A stretch of DNA of 64,000 nt, from assembly GCA_043808155.1 (NCBI GenBank), contig JAZDFD010000012.1, positions 1 to 64,000 on the forward strand, written 5' to 3'. The notes below the pieces were generated by a model. The model was not told the DNA's origin, made no database searches, and worked only from the letters and a program-made list of their open reading frames with translations. Made by a program: the position numbers and the translations under genes. This DNA is from Candidatus Iainarchaeum sp. GTDB lineage: Archaea; Iainarchaeota; Iainarchaeia; Iainarchaeales; JAZDFD01. How positions within the stretch are numbered: position 1 is the first letter of the stretch; each line of letters opens with the position of its first letter. Shown piece after piece: positions 30,248 to 40,493 of the stretch.

Positions 30248-30341
30248 GCTTTCGTGTTTGGAGGCTTTGCACATAAAGGGATTAGAAATTCGGGATTTGA
30301 ACACCCCCTTTTTGTGCAAAAAGAAAAAACGAATAGTTAAT

Positions 30342-30584
30342 CTACTTAGGTCTCTTTGGAGGGGGTAATGCTTTATGATGTGGCTTAAATTCATGAACAT
30401 TTTGTATTCGGTACGTATGAAGTTTGCTTCTTAAAGCATTAAATTCTTCTAACATTTCTTTTGTCTCTTTTGAATTTGGGTCTTTTATCAGCCTGTGACT
30501 GAGTTGAACATCAAGCAAACTTAAGGCAGATAAACTGTTTACCCATTTCCTATAACTTGTAATCTCTTGCATGAATAACATCAA
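30342..30584 (-). CDS. Hypothetical protein
   Basis: Short ORF with no recognisable motif. Confidence 0.35.
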   Translation of the reverse strand: MMLFMQEITSYRKWVNSLSALSLLDVQLSHRLIKDPNSKETKEMLEEFNALRSKLHTYRIQNVHEFKPHHKALPPPKRPK

Positions 30585-30671
30585 TCTCTTTTCTTCTAAA
30601 AAAAGGTTTCGGAAACCACATTTTATTCTTTTGGAACGCCTTAAATGTGCAGAATATAGTTTATGTGCATA

Positions 30672-31148
30672 TTAAACAAACGTTCCCGCAATCCACATTC
30701 CTACGCAATTTGCTATGAAAACAACAACTAATGCAAGAGAAATATGCTCTGCAATAACGTGGAGTGTGCTTGTTTTATGGTCTTTTGAAATATAGTAGCT
30801 CAAAACACTAAGAATTAACAAACCCCAAACCACACTAACAATAACTGCAGTTCCCAAGTCAAACAAGAACACAGGCACTGCGAAGGTTAAAGCACAGAAA
30901 AATTTGAAAAGAAATGTTGAAATTGTAGAAGTCCAGATTTCCTTTTGCGTATGCTTATTTTCTGATTCTTCAGAAATATGAATTCCAAACGCATCTGAAA
31001 ATGCATCTGCAATTGCAATCATTATTATTCCGCCAAGAACAATAACTGTTGAATTAGTGCTTGCACTAAGTCCGACTAATAATCCAAGTGTGGTTATAAC
31101 TCCGGAAGTTAAACCAAAACATAAACCCACTTTAACAGAATGTTCCAT
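30672..31148 (-). CDS. VIT1/CCC1-like membrane transporter
   Basis: FGLTSGVITTLGL, ADAFSDAFG....E. Confidence 0.75.
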   Translation of the reverse strand: MEHSVKVGLCFGLTSGVITTLGLLVGLSASTNSTVIVLGGIIMIAIADAFSDAFGIHISEESENKHTQKEIWTSTISTFLFKFFCALTFAVPVFLFDLGTAVIVSVVWGLLILSVLSYYISKDHKTSTLHVIAEHISLALVVVFIANCVGMWIAGTFV

Positions 31149-31200
31149 CAGATATAAGAAACTCTAACTAATATTTTAAACTTACGCATTTTCATAAGTT

Positions 31201-31707
31201 TCACTTAAAACTAATTTCTGTTTTCTTTCCGTTAATTTCAGAAATTATTGTCTCAACTGTTTTTTTATCTGCAGGCAATCGATGTTCATCTGCTTTTGGA
31301 ATAAAAAGTAGAGTCTCTTCCGTCCCTGGTTTGAATACTTTGTTCATTCCCAAAACCCTAACATTACCAAGAACATTCTGCACATTGTCTTTTTCAGAAT
31401 TAGTATGTTCAACAATTCTTATTTTTTTACCAAAATCTTTTGAAAGCGATTTTACAATTTCCCCGCCTTTGCCAATCAATGCACCAACATTCCCTTTGCA
31501 AACAATAAGAATGAATTCCCCAGCTTCATAAGCTTTAACAAATTCAGTGTCTTTAAGCACCAAGGTTTTTTCCATATCCTGAAGTTTCCTCAGAACTTTC
31601 AAATCAGTTTCACTGACCAAACCCTGTTTTATTTTTGCATTGCACAATGCACAGAAACTGTTATTTTTCAATTCTTCATTACAGAGCGGACTTTTCATTT
31701 TTATCAC
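31201..31707 (-). CDS. NusA-like KH-domain protein with Cys-rich N-terminus
   Basis: GALIGKGG KH motif, GKKIRIVE, N-terminal C..C. Confidence 0.75.
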   Translation of the reverse strand: MIKMKSPLCNEELKNNSFCALCNAKIKQGLVSETDLKVLRKLQDMEKTLVLKDTEFVKAYEAGEFILIVCKGNVGALIGKGGEIVKSLSKDFGKKIRIVEHTNSEKDNVQNVLGNVRVLGMNKVFKPGTEETLLFIPKADEHRLPADKKTVETIISEINGKKTEISFK

Positions 31708-31821
31708 TAACTGAGTTCAATCCCAATATATTATGATAGAAAAAGATTAACAGGGGGTACTATTGCAATCTGATATCTAAAATCTGCTAAAAATAAAAAG
31801 AAAAAAGTGAAATAAAAAATT

Positions 31822-32097
31822 TCACCTTGCTAATTTAATCTCAATTGCTGAGACTTTTAAAGGACTCCCATCTTCAATAGGGATTTCCTCTGTTGAAATT
31901 GAAATATTTGCAATCTTTGCATCTGTTATGAATTTGTTTCTTACGATCTCTGCTACGTCTACTGCTCTGCTGATTGCTTTGCCTCTTGCTTTGATGTAAA
32001 CTTCATTTGAACCCTTGTTATTCATCTGGGTTACGACTGCAAGGACATAACTCATTGTACCTTTCTTTCCAACGAAAACTGCATTTTCTTCTGCCAT
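31822..32097 (-). CDS. albA: Chromatin protein Alba
   Basis: [28 protein letters not shown]; GGAGGTG RBS. Confidence 0.96.
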   Translation of the reverse strand: MAEENAVFVGKKGTMSYVLAVVTQMNNKGSNEVYIKARGKAISRAVDVAEIVRNKFITDAKIANISISTEEIPIEDGSPLKVSAIEIKLAR

Positions 32098-32115
32098 TTT
32101 GTGCACCTCCAGGGA

Positions 32116-32331
32116 TCACTTAATAATAGTTTCTGCATTATTTTCTGTTTTTACAAGTATTGCATTTTTTGGACAGGCATTGTAACATAGTTTACAATCA
32201 ATGCATAATGACTGTTTTTCAGGATGAACGCTTACGCGTCCCTGTGTCATAATGAATAATTCCAATGGGCAAGCATGCACACAGATTCCGCAGTGCGTAC
32301 ACTCTCCTAAATCATGGAATATTTCAGTCAC
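32116..32331 (-). CDS. 2[4Fe-4S] ferredoxin
   Basis: Two CxxCxxCxxxCP motifs. Confidence 0.9.
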   Translation of the reverse strand: MTEIFHDLGECTHCGICVHACPLELFIMTQGRVSVHPEKQSLCIDCKLCYNACPKNAILVKTENNAETIIK

Positions 32332-32435
32332 AATACCCCCCTATGATTGCTGTAAATATAGCTCTGGAAATGATATTTAATACTTATGGTTAAGCTCAAA
32401 TAAAAAAGAAAATAAGGAAATAAGCCCTAATTGGC

Positions 32436-33287
32436 TTATCTCAGATATTCTAAAGTGTTTTCAAATACACCGCGTGTTTTACCAGGGTCGTAATTGAAGT
32501 AAATGCTTTTTCCCACAATCTGAGTTCTTTCAACAATTGCAGGGAAGTAACGCGGAGTTGCAACATCCTGAATAGATGCTATGATTTTACCTGTTGGTGT
32601 AACATCAAATGTTTCAAGTAATAATGGTGCGTCATTTGGCTGTGCAGGAATTCTGTCAATCCCTTCCATTATTTTATGGTCAAAGTCCTGCTTGTAAATT
32701 ACACCGTGTACTGAGTATTTTACTGTACAACTTGGAACACTATTTTCAAGTGGTCCGCACTCAACAGGAATTGCATCCCCAAATGTTGCTTTCCATCCCA
32801 CAACATCTTTTGCAGGATTGCCTAAACCAACTTCTCTGTAAATTCCAGAATCCATTACAGTAATTAATTTTCCGCCCTTATTGACATAGCTTTCAATTGC
32901 TTCACCAAGCTGTCTTGAAACTGCTTTATTTGAATTGTATGCCTGATAAAGCATTACTACATCATACTGAGCTAATTGTTCGTCTGGACTTATATTTAAT
33001 GCAGACGAACTTTTGACATAGTACTTGACAAGATCTCTGTCCTGATCAAGAATTATCTGCAGGTCTGCACTAGGTGAACCAATAATTAACATTTGCATTG
33101 GGTCATTCCCATCAAAGCCTGGAAGAAATCCTAAGTCTATGAAATTAAATTTGTGTGCCAAGAAAGCCACAATAATTATTATAAGAATCAAAGGAATGAG
33201 GCCTTCGAGATTTGATGTTAGTTTTGATTTTAAGCTACCGCCCATATTCATTGGTTCAGCTGCTCCTCCACCATTATCAGGATACAT
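32436..33287 (-). CDS. Membrane-anchored hypothetical protein
   Basis: N-terminal transmembrane segment; L..YDVV...YV..GGKLI, similar to GATase-like folds. Confidence 0.65.
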   Translation of the reverse strand: MYPDNGGGAAEPMNMGGSLKSKLTSNLEGLIPLILIIIIVAFLAHKFNFIDLGFLPGFDGNDPMQMLIIGSPSADLQIILDQDRDLVKYYVKSSSALNISPDEQLAQYDVVMLYQAYNSNKAVSRQLGEAIESYVNKGGKLITVMDSGIYREVGLGNPAKDVVGWKATFGDAIPVECGPLENSVPSCTVKYSVHGVIYKQDFDHKIMEGIDRIPAQPNDAPLLLETFDVTPTGKIIASIQDVATPRYFPAIVERTQIVGKSIYFNYDPGKTRGVFENTLEYLR

Positions 33288-33428
33288 TTTTTCTTACCTC
33301 GCTAATTTTTTATAATATATTTGAATATATTATACTTTGTGCCTGCCCTAATTTAAATACGTTTCGGGCAGTTTTGAGTTTATAAAGCGTTTTCTAGTTT
33401 AAAAACCTTTCCGTGAGATTAATTGGAT

Positions 33429-34364
33429 TCAGCCCCAGAGCATTCCATAGTACATATTTTCCAGAATTAACATATACTCATTATTTTTAACATAGTATTC
33501 CGGAGGCATTGCATAGTATGCGATTTTCCCGCCAACACCTGACTTAACAATCATTGGCGAACTACTACCGATAAGGTCACCATCAAGTGTGTAAATATTA
33601 CTCCCATAAGTTACTGAAAGAACTTCCTCAGTCAATGTTCCCGAAAGTGCTTTAACCAGTCCGAAGTCTTCCTCCGGAACAATACTCAAAGTTCTGCTTG
33701 ATGCAAATCCCTCAATTAATGGGTCACTTCTGCTGGGTTCAGGAATCAAAGTTCCAACATAAATTTTTCCTTCTGCATCCGGCACACAATTTTTCATTTC
33801 ACAATAATTTCCAACATATTTTACTGAAAGAAGATTATCTAATGAAATAATATCTTCTCCCTGTTTTCTTGCCCATGGCCCTAATGCAGTATGTTCTGCC
33901 CCTTCTGTTTTTTCATCAGCATAAAGCATTTCATCTCCTGGTCCTAATTCCGTTCCTGCATCACCTGTCCAGATTAATCTTCCACCTGTAGGGCCCATGG
34001 TATAGTCTATAAATGCACGCATTTTCTCAGTTGACATTTCTCTTGCTTCCTCAACAATTACAAGATCATATTTTTTCAGATTTCCAACATTAACATTATC
34101 AACATGGCTCAAATAGGGGGTGACTCCAATTATGTTTGGATTTGACATGTATTGCTTTAATAACAGATGATCCCCTAATCCTTCATTCCCGTATACAATA
34201 AGCACTTTTGGTTGTCCCATTATGCCCCAGTAAATATTGCACCATCCCGGAATTGTTTTGCATTTTACAACTCCACCCCATGTAAGCATGAAAAGCAGTG
34301 CAAATATCAGTACAAGAAGAACTGCAACATGCAGGACATCTTTCATCATATCTTTTGAAACCAT
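33429..34364 (-). CDS. Membrane-anchored hypothetical protein, likely paralog of the adjacent gene
   Basis: L.KYDLV...GGRLIW.GD.G; C-terminal G...Y......ENM. Confidence 0.65.
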   Translation of the reverse strand: MVSKDMMKDVLHVAVLLVLIFALLFMLTWGGVVKCKTIPGWCNIYWGIMGQPKVLIVYGNEGLGDHLLLKQYMSNPNIIGVTPYLSHVDNVNVGNLKKYDLVIVEEAREMSTEKMRAFIDYTMGPTGGRLIWTGDAGTELGPGDEMLYADEKTEGAEHTALGPWARKQGEDIISLDNLLSVKYVGNYCEMKNCVPDAEGKIYVGTLIPEPSRSDPLIEGFASSRTLSIVPEEDFGLVKALSGTLTEEVLSVTYGSNIYTLDGDLIGSSSPMIVKSGVGGKIAYYAMPPEYYVKNNEYMLILENMYYGMLWG

Positions 34365-34455
34365 TTTGACACCAATAACAATCTTTATATTCCTTCCCCT
34401 ATTTATTAGATTTATATAAACGAACTATATTAAAGTTCTCTTTTTTGGTGATATA

Positions 34456-34632
34456 ATGGTTAAATTAAGAAAAGGTCCTGGCGTCTCAAGCCCAAGTTCA
34501 TCTTTGGGGATTATGAGATTCTTTGATGCAGACACAAAAGGACCCAAAATGTCCCCTGAGTTTGTGATTGCATTATCTTTAGGACTCATTTTAGTAGTTC
34601 TCGCAGCAAGATACTTTTTGGGATTGAATTAA
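34456..34632 (+). CDS. secG: Preprotein translocase subunit Sec61beta (absent from the ORF track)
   Basis: Translates to MVKLRKGPGVSSPSSSLGIMRFFDADTKGPKMSPEFV followed by a transmembrane segment; GGTGA RBS. Confidence 0.88.
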   Translation: MVKLRKGPGVSSPSSSLGIMRFFDADTKGPKMSPEFVIALSLGLILVVLAARYFLGLN

Positions 34633-34635
34633 GAT

Positions 34636-37479
34636 TCACTTCTTAATCTCAATGTAAAAAGACCTTTCAAGAACTTTCTGCAGTTCACCCTGTTTTTCTG
34701 AAATTTTTGTGTTTGTTTCTTTTTCAATTAGGGTTTTCCATTTTTTCAAAAACATAGAGTCATCACTCCCTAAAAACAAATCAATTGTGTCATTAGGATT
34801 GAGTTTTTCTTCTTTTCTCATTGACTGAATTCTTCTTACGAGTTCTCTGAATTCCCATTCTTGCTTCAATTCAGAATCTGCATCAATATTCAATACAAAT
34901 TTAATTCCTGAAGCTTCACCTTCTGCATAATTTCCTGAAACACTTTCATGAACTCTGATTTTTTTCACATTAACCATGCTTGCAAGAACATGTTTCAGAT
35001 TTGGAAATATGTCTTCTTTTGAAAGCACAACTAATTCTTTAAGCGGCCATCTCAGTCTCATTTTATGTTCTTCACGCAATGAAAGTGCACTTTGTGAAAT
35101 TTCTCTTACTAAATTCATTTCTTTTTCCAGACTTTCATCTTTCAGTGCATCAAATGCTTTTGGAAAGGGAAGCATGTGAACTGATTCTGGAGACTTAGCT
35201 TTCTTCAAATACTGATAAATATATTCTGAAATATGCGGAGTAACTGGTGCAAGGATTTTCATAAGTGTCTTAACAACAACACTCATTACTTTGCTTGCTT
35301 CTTCTCCGGTTTCAGTTCCAATTCTGCCCCTTACTAATTTAATGTAAGTTCTGCTGAAATCTTCCAGAACAAAATCAGAAACTAATTTTGGAACTTTAAA
35401 ATAAACATATGTTTCAAATGCATTGTCACATTCTTCAACCAATGAATTTAACCTGCTCAAAATCCACTTATCTTCTGCCTGCAATTTTTTCATATTAACT
35501 TTTGCATCTAAATCCAAATTCATGTAAAGTGCTGCAAAATTCATTGAGTTCCAGAAAATATTAAAGAATCTTGAAATGTCTTTGTAAATTTCCCAGTCAA
35601 AACCAAAGTCTTCCCCTCTTGAAGCCATTGTTAAATGGAATCGTAAATAATCTCTGTTGTGTTTTTCAAAAACTTCTGAAGGCTGAACATTGTTCCCTAA
35701 ACTTTTACTCATTTTTTTCTTATCTAAATCAGTAACCATTCCGTGAACCATGATATTTTTGAATGGTTTTTCATCAAATGAAATCACTGAATTTAATAAC
35801 TCCGCATTCCACCATCCGCGTACCTGCTCAGTTGCTTCAATGTTCAAATCAGCAGGCCAGTATTTTTTGAAAAGCTTGTCCCCTTTAGAATAATCCAATG
35901 CACCCCAGCTTGAAATCCCCGCATCAAACCAAACATCTAATGTTTCTTTAACGCGTGTCATAGTCCCTCCGCATTTGCAGGGAATTGTAATTTCATCAAT
36001 GAAAGGTTTGTGCAATTCTAAATCTTTAGGAACTTTTGTCTTCTCTTTAAGCTCTTTTAGCGAACCAATAACAACCTGTTCTCCGCACTCACAAATCCAG
36101 ATTGGGCACGGCGCACCCCAATATCTTTCACGCGTAACTGGCCAGTCATTCAAAGTATCTAACCAGTCATGCATTCTGTCTTCCATCCAGCTTGGTACCC
36201 AGTTAACTTCCTGATTCAAATCAACTGCTTTTTTCTGGATGCTTTCAACTTTCAAAAACCACTGAGGAATTGAAACCATCAGTAACGGACTTTTACAACG
36301 CCAGCAAATTGGGTAATCATGTGTATAAGGATGTTTGTAAATTAAGTTTCCTGATTCTTCTAAATCAGAAACAATTTCTTTATCAACTTCTCTTGCTTTC
36401 TTTCCTGCATATTTTCCAGTTTCTTCTGTTAACTCACCGTTAATTTTCACAGGGCAGTACGCTGGCAAACCTGTTTCTCTGCCAACTGTAAAATCTTCTT
36501 TACCATGTCCTGGTGCAGTATGAACCAAACCAGTTCCGTCTTCAACATTAACAAATCTTGCACTTAACACAACTCTGTTCGCATTTTCAAATTCAGGACG
36601 CTTCATGTGTTTTTCTAATGGGTTTTCATATCTCCAGCCTTCCAATTCTTTTCCTGGAAATTCTCTTTTCACAACATAACCTGCTTCTATTGCTTCCATT
36701 AATTTCTGCAGTAATTCTTTTGCCATAATCCATGTTTCACCCATCACTTCAACTTCAACATATGTTTCAGTCGGGTGAACCATCACACCTGTGTTGCCTG
36801 GTAGCGTCCACGGAGTAGTAGTCCAAATCAATAAGAAGGTTTTTTCTTTTCCCATAACCGGAAATTTAAAATAAATTGAATTATCTGTTTGTTTTGTATA
36901 TTCAATCTCATTATATGCAACTGCAGTTGCACATCTCGGACAAACATGAACAGGATATGTCCCTTTGTATAACAAACCTTTTTCCTCTGCTTTTTTAAAA
37001 GTCCACCAGATTGATTCTATATATTCATTATTAAGTGTCAAATATGGATTTTCCCAGTCCATCCAGACTCCCAAATCTGCAAACTCATCATTCATTGTGC
37101 CAATGAATTTTGTTGCATACTCCCTGCACTTTTCAACAAACTTTCCAACGCCGTAATTTTCAATATCGTGTTTTCCTCTAAATCCTAATTCTTTTTCAAC
37201 CTGAAATTCAATTGGCATTCCATGGCAATCATAACCTGGTCTGTCAAACACGTCACGACCGTTCATTCTCCAGTATCTGATTGCAACATCCTTCAGAATT
37301 TTATTTAATGCAGTTCCCATGTGAATGTGACCTGTTGCATACGGCGGGCCGTCCATGAAATAAAAAGTTTTTTCAGCACTGTCATTCATGTGCCTGACTT
37401 TATTTGCAATGTCATGTTTATCCCAGAAGTCTTTCACTTCTTTTTCCTTTTCCTTATTGTATGCTTCTAATGTTTTCAT
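34636..37479 (-). CDS. ileS: Isoleucyl-tRNA synthetase
   Basis: DGPPYATGHIHMG, WTTTPWTLP, GTGLVHTAPGHG, KMSKS. Confidence 0.95.
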   Translation of the reverse strand: MKTLEAYNKEKEKEVKDFWDKHDIANKVRHMNDSAEKTFYFMDGPPYATGHIHMGTALNKILKDVAIRYWRMNGRDVFDRPGYDCHGMPIEFQVEKELGFRGKHDIENYGVGKFVEKCREYATKFIGTMNDEFADLGVWMDWENPYLTLNNEYIESIWWTFKKAEEKGLLYKGTYPVHVCPRCATAVAYNEIEYTKQTDNSIYFKFPVMGKEKTFLLIWTTTPWTLPGNTGVMVHPTETYVEVEVMGETWIMAKELLQKLMEAIEAGYVVKREFPGKELEGWRYENPLEKHMKRPEFENANRVVLSARFVNVEDGTGLVHTAPGHGKEDFTVGRETGLPAYCPVKINGELTEETGKYAGKKAREVDKEIVSDLEESGNLIYKHPYTHDYPICWRCKSPLLMVSIPQWFLKVESIQKKAVDLNQEVNWVPSWMEDRMHDWLDTLNDWPVTRERYWGAPCPIWICECGEQVVIGSLKELKEKTKVPKDLELHKPFIDEITIPCKCGGTMTRVKETLDVWFDAGISSWGALDYSKGDKLFKKYWPADLNIEATEQVRGWWNAELLNSVISFDEKPFKNIMVHGMVTDLDKKKMSKSLGNNVQPSEVFEKHNRDYLRFHLTMASRGEDFGFDWEIYKDISRFFNIFWNSMNFAALYMNLDLDAKVNMKKLQAEDKWILSRLNSLVEECDNAFETYVYFKVPKLVSDFVLEDFSRTYIKLVRGRIGTETGEEASKVMSVVVKTLMKILAPVTPHISEYIYQYLKKAKSPESVHMLPFPKAFDALKDESLEKEMNLVREISQSALSLREEHKMRLRWPLKELVVLSKEDIFPNLKHVLASMVNVKKIRVHESVSGNYAEGEASGIKFVLNIDADSELKQEWEFRELVRRIQSMRKEEKLNPNDTIDLFLGSDDSMFLKKWKTLIEKETNTKISEKQGELQKVLERSFYIEIKK

Positions 37480-37490
37480 TCTATCACTCT

Positions 37491-37525
37491 CATATTACCG
37501 CAGGGTTGAAAACCCTGCACATATT
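37491..37525 (-). repeat. Hairpin element, copy 2 (shortened loop)
   Basis: Reverse strand AATATGT-GCAGGGTT-TTC-AACCCTGC-GGTAATATG. Confidence 0.8.
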
Positions 37526-37550
37526 GCGGACCATCCGTACGCAATTGGAT

Positions 37551-37624
37551 TGGGCATGGGAGGATTTGAACCCCCGACCCTTGGTGTATAAGACCAATGC
37601 TCTGCCAGACTAAGCTACATGCCC
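37551..37624 (-). tRNA. tRNA-Ile(UAU)
   Basis: GGGCATG/CATGCCC acceptor stem; TTGGT-CTTATAC-ACCAA anticodon arm; GTTCAAA T-loop. Confidence 0.9.
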
Positions 37625-37705
37625 ACAAGGCCACAACCTTGAATTGCAACCCATACTCACTTTGTTCATATGGGTTTTGCTCACTTCGTTTGCACACGCT
37701 CCTCG

Positions 37706-37756
37706 AGTGCGAATACGTGCGATATTTCGCTTTGCTCAATATCGCGGTAATATTCC
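37706..37756 (+). repeat. Hairpin element, copy 3
   Basis: AGTGCGAATACGT-GCGATATT-TCGCTTTGCTC-AATATCGC-GGTAATATTCC. Confidence 0.8.
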
Positions 37757-37916
37757 TATAACCCGAGCTTAAAGCGCAATTAAAATTAGAATTAGAAATA
37801 TGTTTAAATAGATGATTAATCTGTTTCCGGGTGAATCCGCTGCCCGAGTATTTGATAACACCTTCTGGTAGTCATGAATTATTCCTTCTATGAATGGTTT
37901 TTAAAGCTAACCATGT

Positions 37917-38456
37917 TTACCCAACAGTTTCAAAAATATCAACCAATTTCTCAACATCTCTTTTAAGAGCTTCAAAATCAGAATTATTTTCAATTTCTTC
38001 ATCTGCAGAGTCAATTACTTTTCCAAGTCCTTTATTTTTAACATCTCTCTCATCACGCGCAAAGAATTCAACTCTGTCTTGTGCATCCTGTGAATTTTTC
38101 CTGTCAAATCTTTTATCACTTTCAGCAACAACTCTCACGAGAACACATTTTTCCAGATACTTTTTTAAATATTCAACCTCTTCCAATGAACGTGCACCAA
38201 CAAAAACTGCTTTTTCTGCGTTCGTATTTTTTGCTTTCTCAAAAACTAACTGTGCAACAACATCCATTCCTCTTTCTGTTCTAAGTTCATCTCCGACTTG
38301 GGAAAGATTCATTTTTGTAAGTTCAAGATTTTGTTTTCTTAATTCATCAAACAAACAGTCACTGAAAACAAAAATATCATAACCAAAATCATGCAGCATT
38401 TTTGCAACAGTATCTTTTCCGCTTCTGGCTAAACCCGTAATTATAATTCCATTCAT
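37917..38456 (-). CDS. P-loop kinase, archaeal dephospho-CoA kinase-like
   Basis: GLARSGKDT, LR...G..V.A, GAR...E, RD.R. Confidence 0.75.
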   Translation of the reverse strand: MNGIIITGLARSGKDTVAKMLHDFGYDIFVFSDCLFDELRKQNLELTKMNLSQVGDELRTERGMDVVAQLVFEKAKNTNAEKAVFVGARSLEEVEYLKKYLEKCVLVRVVAESDKRFDRKNSQDAQDRVEFFARDERDVKNKGLGKVIDSADEEIENNSDFEALKRDVEKLVDIFETVG

Positions 38457-38500
38457 TTTCTCACTTTATAAAAAAGCCCACACATCCTTTTATACTTTCT

Positions 38501-38590
38501 GGACAGGGGACTGCCCCCTTGTTACGCTATTTCACTAAAGTGAAATGCGCCTATTTCAACTTTGTTGAAATCGGGACCCCTGAAATTGTT
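38501..38590. repeat. Composite palindromic repeat (GGGGACTGCCCC plus two ATTTCA hairpins)
   Basis: ATTTCAC-TAAA-GTGAAAT and ATTTCAAC-TTT-GTTGAAAT; reverse-strand AATTTCAGGGG matches the 29.5-kb repeats. Confidence 0.65.
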
Positions 38591-38618
38591 ACTCAATAAA
38601 AAGAATAAAAAAGAAAAA

Positions 38619-38663
38619 GGAATATTACCGAGACATTGAGCAAAACGAAAATGTCTCACATAT
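38619..38663 (-). repeat. Hairpin element, copy 4
   Basis: Reverse strand ATATGT-GAGACATT-TTCGTTTTGCTC-AATGTCTC-GGTAATATTCC. Confidence 0.8.
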
Positions 38664-38691
38664 CTCGGTACGTCCGGTCGAAAACGGACGG

Positions 38692-40326
38692 TTACATCAT
38701 TGGAGGCATTCCGCCGCCCATGCCACCTGACATGTCTGGCATTCTGCCTTTTCCAGTTCCTAAGATGATATCATCAATTCGAAGTATCATTTCAGCAACT
38801 TCAGTTGCGGAAGTAACTGCCTGTGTTTTAACTCTTAAAGGTTCAACAACATTCAGTTTTCTCATGTCTGCATATCCTGCATTGTAAACATCAATACCGA
38901 TATACTTTCCTTCCTTACCTTTGTGCTTACTTCTCAAGTTCACAATTGAATCAAGCGGATCCATACCTGCAGTTTCTGCAAGAGTTCTTGGAATTTCTTC
39001 CAGTGTATCTGCAAATGCTTCAACTGCTAATTGTTCTTTTCCGCCAACTGTGCTTGCGTATGCTCTAAGTTTCATTGCAACTTCAACTTCAATTGAACCC
39101 CCGCCTGAAACTATTTTTCCTTCTCTTAATGCAGTGGTTGTTGAACCGATTGCATCTTTCAAAGCTCTTTCAGCTTCATCTACAACGTGTGCTGTTCCGC
39201 CGCGTACTAAAACTGAAACTGCTTTAGGATTTTTGCATCCTTCAACAAAGACCATGTCATCGCCTGAAACTTTATCTTCGTAAACTGATGCTGCGTTTCC
39301 CAAATCAGATTTTGTTAAGTCCTTAATTCTTGAAACAACTTTTGCACCTGTTGCTCTTGCTAATGCATCCATGTCAGATTTCTTAACTCTTCTAACAGCT
39401 GCAATTCTTTCTTTTGCTAAGAAGTGCTGTGCAACATCATCAATTCCTTTCTGGCACATTACAACATTTGCACCTGATGCTTTAATTGTTGCAACCATGT
39501 CTCTGAGCATTCTTTCTTCCTGATCTAAAAATGCCTGTAGCTGTTCAGGTGTTGAAATCTCAACTTTTGTGTCTGTTTCGGGACCCTTGATTTCAAGTGC
39601 TGCATCAATTAATGCAATTTTTGCATTGTTTGTTCTTTTCGGCATTCCGCTGTGAACAAATTCTTTGTCAATAACAATTCCTTTGATGAGTTTGCTGTCT
39701 TTCAAAGAGCCACCGCTCTTTTTCTCAAGCTTTATGTTGTCTGCATCAATGTACATTTTTCCGTTTTCTTCATCTGCAACCATTAAAACTGCGTTAACAA
39801 CAAGCTCTGATAATTCAGCTGCTGATTCTGAAGCCTTTCCTGTCATTGAAGTTAATGCAATATTCTTCAGAGTTTTTTTGTCAGTGTATGCAACTTTGTC
39901 TGCTGTGTATTCTAAAATTTCAATTGCTTTTTTTGATGCCATTCTGTAACCCTTTATGATAACACTTGGGTGAATTTCATCATCAAGCAAATTTTCTGCT
40001 CTCTTCAGAAGTCCGCCTGCAAGTACAACTGCAGTTGTTGTTCCGTCACCGCATTCACTGTCCTGTGTTTTTGCAACTTCAACCATCATCTTCCCTACTG
40101 GGTGATCAATTGAAATTTCACTTAAAATTGTTGCACCATCATTTGTGATTATTACATCACCTAAATCATCAACAATCATTTTGTCCATTCCTTTAGGACC
40201 TAGTGTACTTTTCACTGCATTAGCTACTGCCTTTGCAATCAAAAGATTGATTCTTTGTGCATCTCTGCCTCTGGTTCTTTTTGTGCCGTCTGACATGAAA
40301 ACCCCAGATTGCTGTTGTTCTGACAT
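38692..40326 (-). CDS. ths: Thermosome (group II chaperonin) subunit
   Basis: [27 protein letters not shown] tail; start MSEQ after a GGAGG RBS. Confidence 0.96.
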   Translation of the reverse strand: MSEQQQSGVFMSDGTKRTRGRDAQRINLLIAKAVANAVKSTLGPKGMDKMIVDDLGDVIITNDGATILSEISIDHPVGKMMVEVAKTQDSECGDGTTTAVVLAGGLLKRAENLLDDEIHPSVIIKGYRMASKKAIEILEYTADKVAYTDKKTLKNIALTSMTGKASESAAELSELVVNAVLMVADEENGKMYIDADNIKLEKKSGGSLKDSKLIKGIVIDKEFVHSGMPKRTNNAKIALIDAALEIKGPETDTKVEISTPEQLQAFLDQEERMLRDMVATIKASGANVVMCQKGIDDVAQHFLAKERIAAVRRVKKSDMDALARATGAKVVSRIKDLTKSDLGNAASVYEDKVSGDDMVFVEGCKNPKAVSVLVRGGTAHVVDEAERALKDAIGSTTTALREGKIVSGGGSIEVEVAMKLRAYASTVGGKEQLAVEAFADTLEEIPRTLAETAGMDPLDSIVNLRSKHKGKEGKYIGIDVYNAGYADMRKLNVVEPLRVKTQAVTSATEVAEMILRIDDIILGTGKGRMPDMSGGMGGGMPPMM

Positions 40327-40493
40327 ATTATCATTCCTCCACATATAAGCGCTCTATGGGTCTTAAACCCCAAAATAAGCTTCTTAATACATTATTGATG
40401 GATATGAATGTTTATAAACCTACACTTCTTGATGGATATACATGTAAGGTCTCAATAGAAGATAGTAAGCAAAATAGGTGAAAAACCTTTATA

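Noticed and set aside
37388-37739. Short ORFs around 37.5 kb
   Set aside because: They overlap tRNA-Ile and the hairpin elements, so they are probably spurious.
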